Assembly (NCBI GenBank): GCA_021734945.1
Contig: JAIPIA010000002.1
Location: forward strand, 194,829 to 258,828
Reading direction: 5' to 3'
Origin: Minisyncoccota bacterium
GTDB lineage: Bacteria; Patescibacteriota; Minisyncoccia; Phycocordibacterales; CAIZLB01
Length of the DNA stretch: 64,000 nucleotides
Part shown: positions 60,409-64,000 of the stretch, piece by piece
Layout of the letters: each line of letters begins with the position of its first letter
Position numbering within the stretch: position 1 is the stretch's first letter
Translations under genes and position numbers: made by a program
Notes under the pieces: model-generated
Databases searched by the model: none
The model's input: only the letters and a program-made list of their open reading frames with translations
Told to the model about the DNA's origin: nothing

Positions 60409-60453
60409 GTTGGTTTTGTTAATTTACGAAAGTATTACTAACGTAGTTTGTAT

Positions 60454-60723
60454 TTATTCAATTACTATAAAATGTTTATCCTTAGAAATTGGAGCACACT
60501 CTTGAATTGTTGCTTTGTCTCCAATTTTCTTCGTGTTTCCAGGATTGTGAGCTTTATATTTCTTTGCTCGTTTTACGTACTTATTGTACTTTGGAGCCTT
60601 AATAAATCGTTCAACCAATACTGTAGCTGTATCCTTCATTTTATCAGATACTACAACACCTGTTAGAACTTGTTTCTTTGAAGGCATTGTTGAAGTTTTA
60701 GGAGTTGTTTGTGTTTTTGTCAT
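60454..60723 (-). CDS. rpsQ: 30S ribosomal protein S17
   Basis: GVVVSDKMKDT..PISKDK. Confidence 0.96.
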   Translation of the reverse strand: MTKTQTTPKTSTMPSKKQVLTGVVVSDKMKDTATVLVERFIKAPKYNKYVKRAKKYKAHNPGNTKKIGDKATIQECAPISKDKHFIVIE

Positions 60724-60743
60724 ATACGTAGCTTATTTATACT

Positions 60744-60941
60744 TTATTTCTTCGCAGAGTCAATGATAGACATAATCTGAGCGATTTCCTTTCGAGTTGT
60801 TCGACCCTCTTTCACGTTCTTTGTTTTAGACCGTGTATTTCCAAGTCGGAAACTTTGAAGTGAGTCCTTCTTCTCAGCAAGAAGCTTAATTAATTCTTTC
60901 TGTGACTTTGCAGCTAATTTTGTGAATGATGATTCTTTCAT
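60744..60941 (-). CDS. rpmC: 50S ribosomal protein L29
   Basis: Position between rplP and rpsQ; RKEIAQI. Confidence 0.88.
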   Translation of the reverse strand: MKESSFTKLAAKSQKELIKLLAEKKDSLQSFRLGNTRSKTKNVKEGRTTRKEIAQIMSIIDSAKK

Positions 60942-60967
60942 GTTGGTATATAAAATTAGTGTAAGAA

Positions 60968-61390
60968 TTAATGAGCTCGACTTACAACCTTTCCTTTAAG
61001 AGGAAGTTTTGTACCTGCCTTTCGGAGAGCTTCTCGAGCGTCAGCCTCAGGAATACCATCCACTTCGAAGATAACTCGACCTGGTCGTATCTCCACACAG
61101 AAACCCTGTGGATCACCTTTACCCTTACCCATCGGTACTTCGGCAGCTTTCTGTGTCCAAGGTCGGTCAGGGAAAACTCGAATCCAAACTCGGCCAGTTT
61201 TACCCACAGAACGAGCGATCACTTTTCGAGCAGCTTCAATTTGATTTGAAGTGATGTGGTTATAAGTAACAGCTTTAAATCCGAAAGATCCAAAACTAAG
61301 ATCTGTACCTCGTGTTTCAGGTGCCAAGAACTTTGGGTTCTGTCGGTTCTTTTGCCATTTTCGGTATTTTACTTTTTTTGGATATAACAT
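60968..61390 (-). CDS. rplP: 50S ribosomal protein L16
   Basis: QIEAAR..WIRVFPD..MGKGKG. Confidence 0.97.
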   Translation of the reverse strand: MLYPKKVKYRKWQKNRQNPKFLAPETRGTDLSFGSFGFKAVTYNHITSNQIEAARKVIARSVGKTGRVWIRVFPDRPWTQKAAEVPMGKGKGDPQGFCVEIRPGRVIFEVDGIPEADAREALRKAGTKLPLKGKVVSRAH

Positions 61391-61420
61391 GGTAGTAGGG
61401 TTAGATAAAAATTAGAATAC

Positions 61421-62077
61421 TTACTTATTAAATACCTCACCTGTATAAATCCATACTTTGATACCGATGTTACCGTATGGCAAATGAGCTTCGTATCGTT
61501 TGAAGTCGATATTAGCACGGAATGTTTGTAGTGGAATTCGACCCCTTTTTAGATCCTCTTGTCGAGCCATTTCTGCTCCTCCGAGACGTCCTGACAAGAA
61601 AATTCGAACTCCTTGTACATCACGACACGCCATAACTTTTTCGATCATAGACTTCATAACTCGTCGGAAAGGCATTCGCTTTTCGAGGCCTTCCGCAATC
61701 ATTTGAGCTACGATAGCTGCACTAGCTTCTGGAGTTTTGACTTCCTCAATTTCAATCTTAATATCAGTCTTTGTGTCAGCTTTGATATTCTTCATGAAAT
61801 CAATAACATCTGCCTTTAGCTTTGTTACACCTTCACCGTTTCGTCCAATAATAAGACCTGGTCGTGAAGTTTTGATAATAACTCGAAAATGCTTATCATT
61901 TCGTTCAATATCAACATCAGCAACATACATACCTCGCATTCGTTTAGCGAGCCATTCTCGTAGAAGAATATCGCACTTCAAGTTCTTTCGATATTCTGCA
62001 TTAGTAGAAAACCATCGAGATCTCCATCCCTTGATGATTCCTAGTCTATGAGCGTATGGGTGTACTGTATGTGTCAT
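61421..62077 (-). CDS. rpsC: 30S ribosomal protein S3
   Basis: HPYAHRLG..RPGLIIG..GRLGGAEMAR. Confidence 0.97.
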   Translation of the reverse strand: MTHTVHPYAHRLGIIKGWRSRWFSTNAEYRKNLKCDILLREWLAKRMRGMYVADVDIERNDKHFRVIIKTSRPGLIIGRNGEGVTKLKADVIDFMKNIKADTKTDIKIEIEEVKTPEASAAIVAQMIAEGLEKRMPFRRVMKSMIEKVMACRDVQGVRIFLSGRLGGAEMARQEDLKRGRIPLQTFRANIDFKRYEAHLPYGNIGIKVWIYTGEVFNK

Positions 62078-62100
62078 TGTAGTTTTATATTAGTAAATTA

Positions 62101-62544
62101 TTATTTTGCAGCTTTTTTAGCTTTTGTAACTTTAGGTGCTTTTGCAACTTTTGCATCTGTAGAAGCAACTTCTTTTGAAGCATCTTTCTTAGCTTTCTTT
62201 GCAGCATTCTTACTAAGCTTACCTTCGCCAAGTGTTAGAATAACGTGACTTGATCGCTTCAAGATACGTGCACCTGAACCTCGTGCTCGTGGCATCATTC
62301 GCTTGAGAGTAACACCTTGGTCAACTCGAAACTCTTGGATAGTAAGACCCTCTGGATTAGCAACACCTTGACTTCGTGCGTTTGAAAGAGCACTTTCGAT
62401 AAGTTTGATCAATGGGAGAGAAGCTCGCTTTGTAGCAAACTTAAGTTGAGTAATAGCAACTCCTGCTGTCTTACCACGTACTAGTGCTGCAGCAAGTGCA
62501 ACTTTTCGTGGTGACTGTCGATAATTTCTTAGTATAGCTTTCAT
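62101..62544 (-). CDS. rplV: 50S ribosomal protein L22 with Lys/Ala-rich tail
   Basis: SPRKV..PRARG..KRSSH. Confidence 0.96.
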   Translation of the reverse strand: MKAILRNYRQSPRKVALAAALVRGKTAGVAITQLKFATKRASLPLIKLIESALSNARSQGVANPEGLTIQEFRVDQGVTLKRMMPRARGSGARILKRSSHVILTLGEGKLSKNAAKKAKKDASKEVASTDAKVAKAPKVTKAKKAAK

Positions 62545-62570
62545 GGTAAGACGTTAATTATATGAGTGAA

Positions 62571-62918
62571 TTATTTTTTCTTTGGATCTGCAACAGTAGC
62601 TTTAGCAGATTTTGCTGAATCGATCTCAGCCTGCTTCTTAGCCTGGTCAAGCTCCTTCTGCATCTTTCCTCCGTGTCGGATGAATTTTCGAGTTGGTGAG
62701 AACTCACCGAGTCTGTGACCTACCATTTCTTCTGAGACAAGAACTTCAACAAAAATCTTTCCGTTGTATACACCAAAAGTGAAACCTACCATTTCAGGAG
62801 AGATCTGACTTCGTCGGTACCAAGTCTTAATAACCCCAGTTTCCTGTGGTTTTTTGCCTTCAATCTTTTTCAAGAGTCTAGCTTCTACGTATGGGCCTTT
62901 TTTGAGTGATCGTGTCAT
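62571..62918 (-). CDS. rpsS: 30S ribosomal protein S19
   Basis: [20 protein letters not shown]. Confidence 0.97.
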   Translation of the reverse strand: MTRSLKKGPYVEARLLKKIEGKKPQETGVIKTWYRRSQISPEMVGFTFGVYNGKIFVEVLVSEEMVGHRLGEFSPTRKFIRHGGKMQKELDQAKKQAEIDSAKSAKATVADPKKK

Positions 62919-62987
62919 TTGATTTGGTTGCAGAGTCTCGTCTAACTCTATGCGAAAAATAATAGCCCTAACAGAGCTTGTGGTGAC

Positions 62988-63015
62988 ATAGTATCAAAAA
63001 ATAAAATAGTGTCAA
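62988..63015 (-). promoter_or_regulatory. Sigma-70 promoter for rpsS onward
   Basis: Minus strand TTGACA-16-TACTAT. Confidence 0.65.
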
Positions 63016-63303
63016 ATGGTTTTGTGTGGTGTTTTGATGAAATGAGCTTGTTTGAGGCAATACCATTGACGTACTACTTATATGGTGGTACTTTTTGCGC
63101 AGATTATGCACCTGGTATTGCCTTAGAGATTTGTTTATTAGTTGAGTTTTAGTTGCTTTTTATTGGATAAATTTGGTTTAAGCATCTGATTAAGCGTTTA
63201 AATTTTATACAATCAAAACTAATGAATAATTCTCTACGGCAATACCCTACAACAAATAGGAATTGACCGTGGTTTGACAGATCAATCCTTCACCACTACC
63301 CTC

Positions 63304-63600
63304 ATGCCTACCAACATCCCCTTAACCACTGTCGCTGCAAAACGTCGTGTCGTCACAACGATCGCAAAACTCAGCAAGCTCTGTATCACAGGATACACTA
63401 TTACGATGGCATACCACGGAGAAGAACTCCACGTTATTGCCTTGGTCAATTCCAGGGTCAATTTGCTCAAGACCAAGACGGATAAGCCTTCAGCTTGTCG
63501 TTGCCGCTGTGCGTATCTCGTCACCCCAGGAGGCGACATAGGAGAAAAGATCAAGTCCAAAAAAATTGACCTCAACAATGATGGTCGCTGGACTTGGTAA
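63304..63600 (+). CDS. Hypothetical protein inserted between rplB and rpsS
   Basis: 98 aa ORF; TTGACG-17-TACTTT upstream; GC hairpin near 63632-63677 downstream. Confidence 0.5.
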   Translation: MPTNIPLTTVAAKRRVVTTIAKLSKLCITGYTITMAYHGEELHVIALVNSRVNLLKTKTDKPSACRCRCAYLVTPGGDIGEKIKSKKIDLNNDGRWTW

Positions 63601-63735
63601 AATCGACAGCGCCTGGAACTTTCTCATTATTTACAGCCGCCTATCGCATCTCAAAGCGACGGGTGGCTGTTCATTTTCAATAAAATTGCATTAAGCTAGA
63701 ACTTCTCAGTTTTTCTATTAAAGGAGCGAGTAAAC

Positions 63736-63781
63736 AAAAACACGCATGTATGGATGAAATCCCGGATACATGCGTGTTTTT
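63736..63781. terminator. Terminator after rplB
   Basis: AAAAACACGCATGTAT...ATACATGCGTGTTTTT. Confidence 0.8.
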
Positions 63782-63799
63782 GCTTTACGAGCGACTGTC

Positions 63800-64000
63800 T
63801 TATTTATTCTTCCCTACTTTTCGTCGTGAAACGATGAGTCGGTTTGAATATTTCTTTGGTCGTCGTGATTTCTGTCCCTTACCTGTTGGTTTACCGTAGA
63901 TAGAGATAGCTCGTCGTCGTCCTCGTCCTTGTCGGCCTTCACCTCCTCCGTGTGGATGATCCACAGGGTTCATGGCTGTACCTCGAACTGTAGGGCGAAT
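63800..64000 (-). CDS. rplB: 50S ribosomal protein L2, C-terminal part
   Basis: [23 protein letters not shown]. Confidence 0.97.
   Translation of the reverse strand: MRPTVRGTAMNPVDHPHGGGEGRQGRGRRRAISIYGKPTGKGQKSRRPKKYSNRLIVSRRKVGKNK

Overview
64 kb of an AT-rich, reduced bacterial genome using the standard genetic code. It is most likely Patescibacteria/CPR (Parcubacteria-like): rpmD is missing from the spc operon, L24 is short, Shine-Dalgarno motifs are not evident, and DUF5667/DUF5652-type proteins, a large T4CP/VirB4-like ATPase and expanded TrmB regulators are present. The left part holds an ECF sigma/anti-sigma pair with two divergent secreted-protein genes sharing a promoter motif, a TrmB-linked NitT/TauT ABC transporter, infC-rpmI-rplT, a probable short 6S RNA, ndk, map and adk. 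The right end is the S10/spc cluster (rplB partial to secY). Between secY and adk lies a ~27 kb accessory region. In it a branched-chain amino-acid ABC transporter keeps livH-livM-livG-livF order but is split apart by inserted modules. These comprise six LivK-like binding proteins and seven TrmB regulators, each regulator divergent from a target gene and carrying its own palindromic box, plus two orphan PemK-like toxins, each beside a promoter-driven small RNA candidate. A two-copy structured leader element precedes both rpmI and a DUF5652-like gene. No tRNA, rRNA, CRISPR array, integrase or transposase was seen. All family calls are by eye from motifs, not from database searches.
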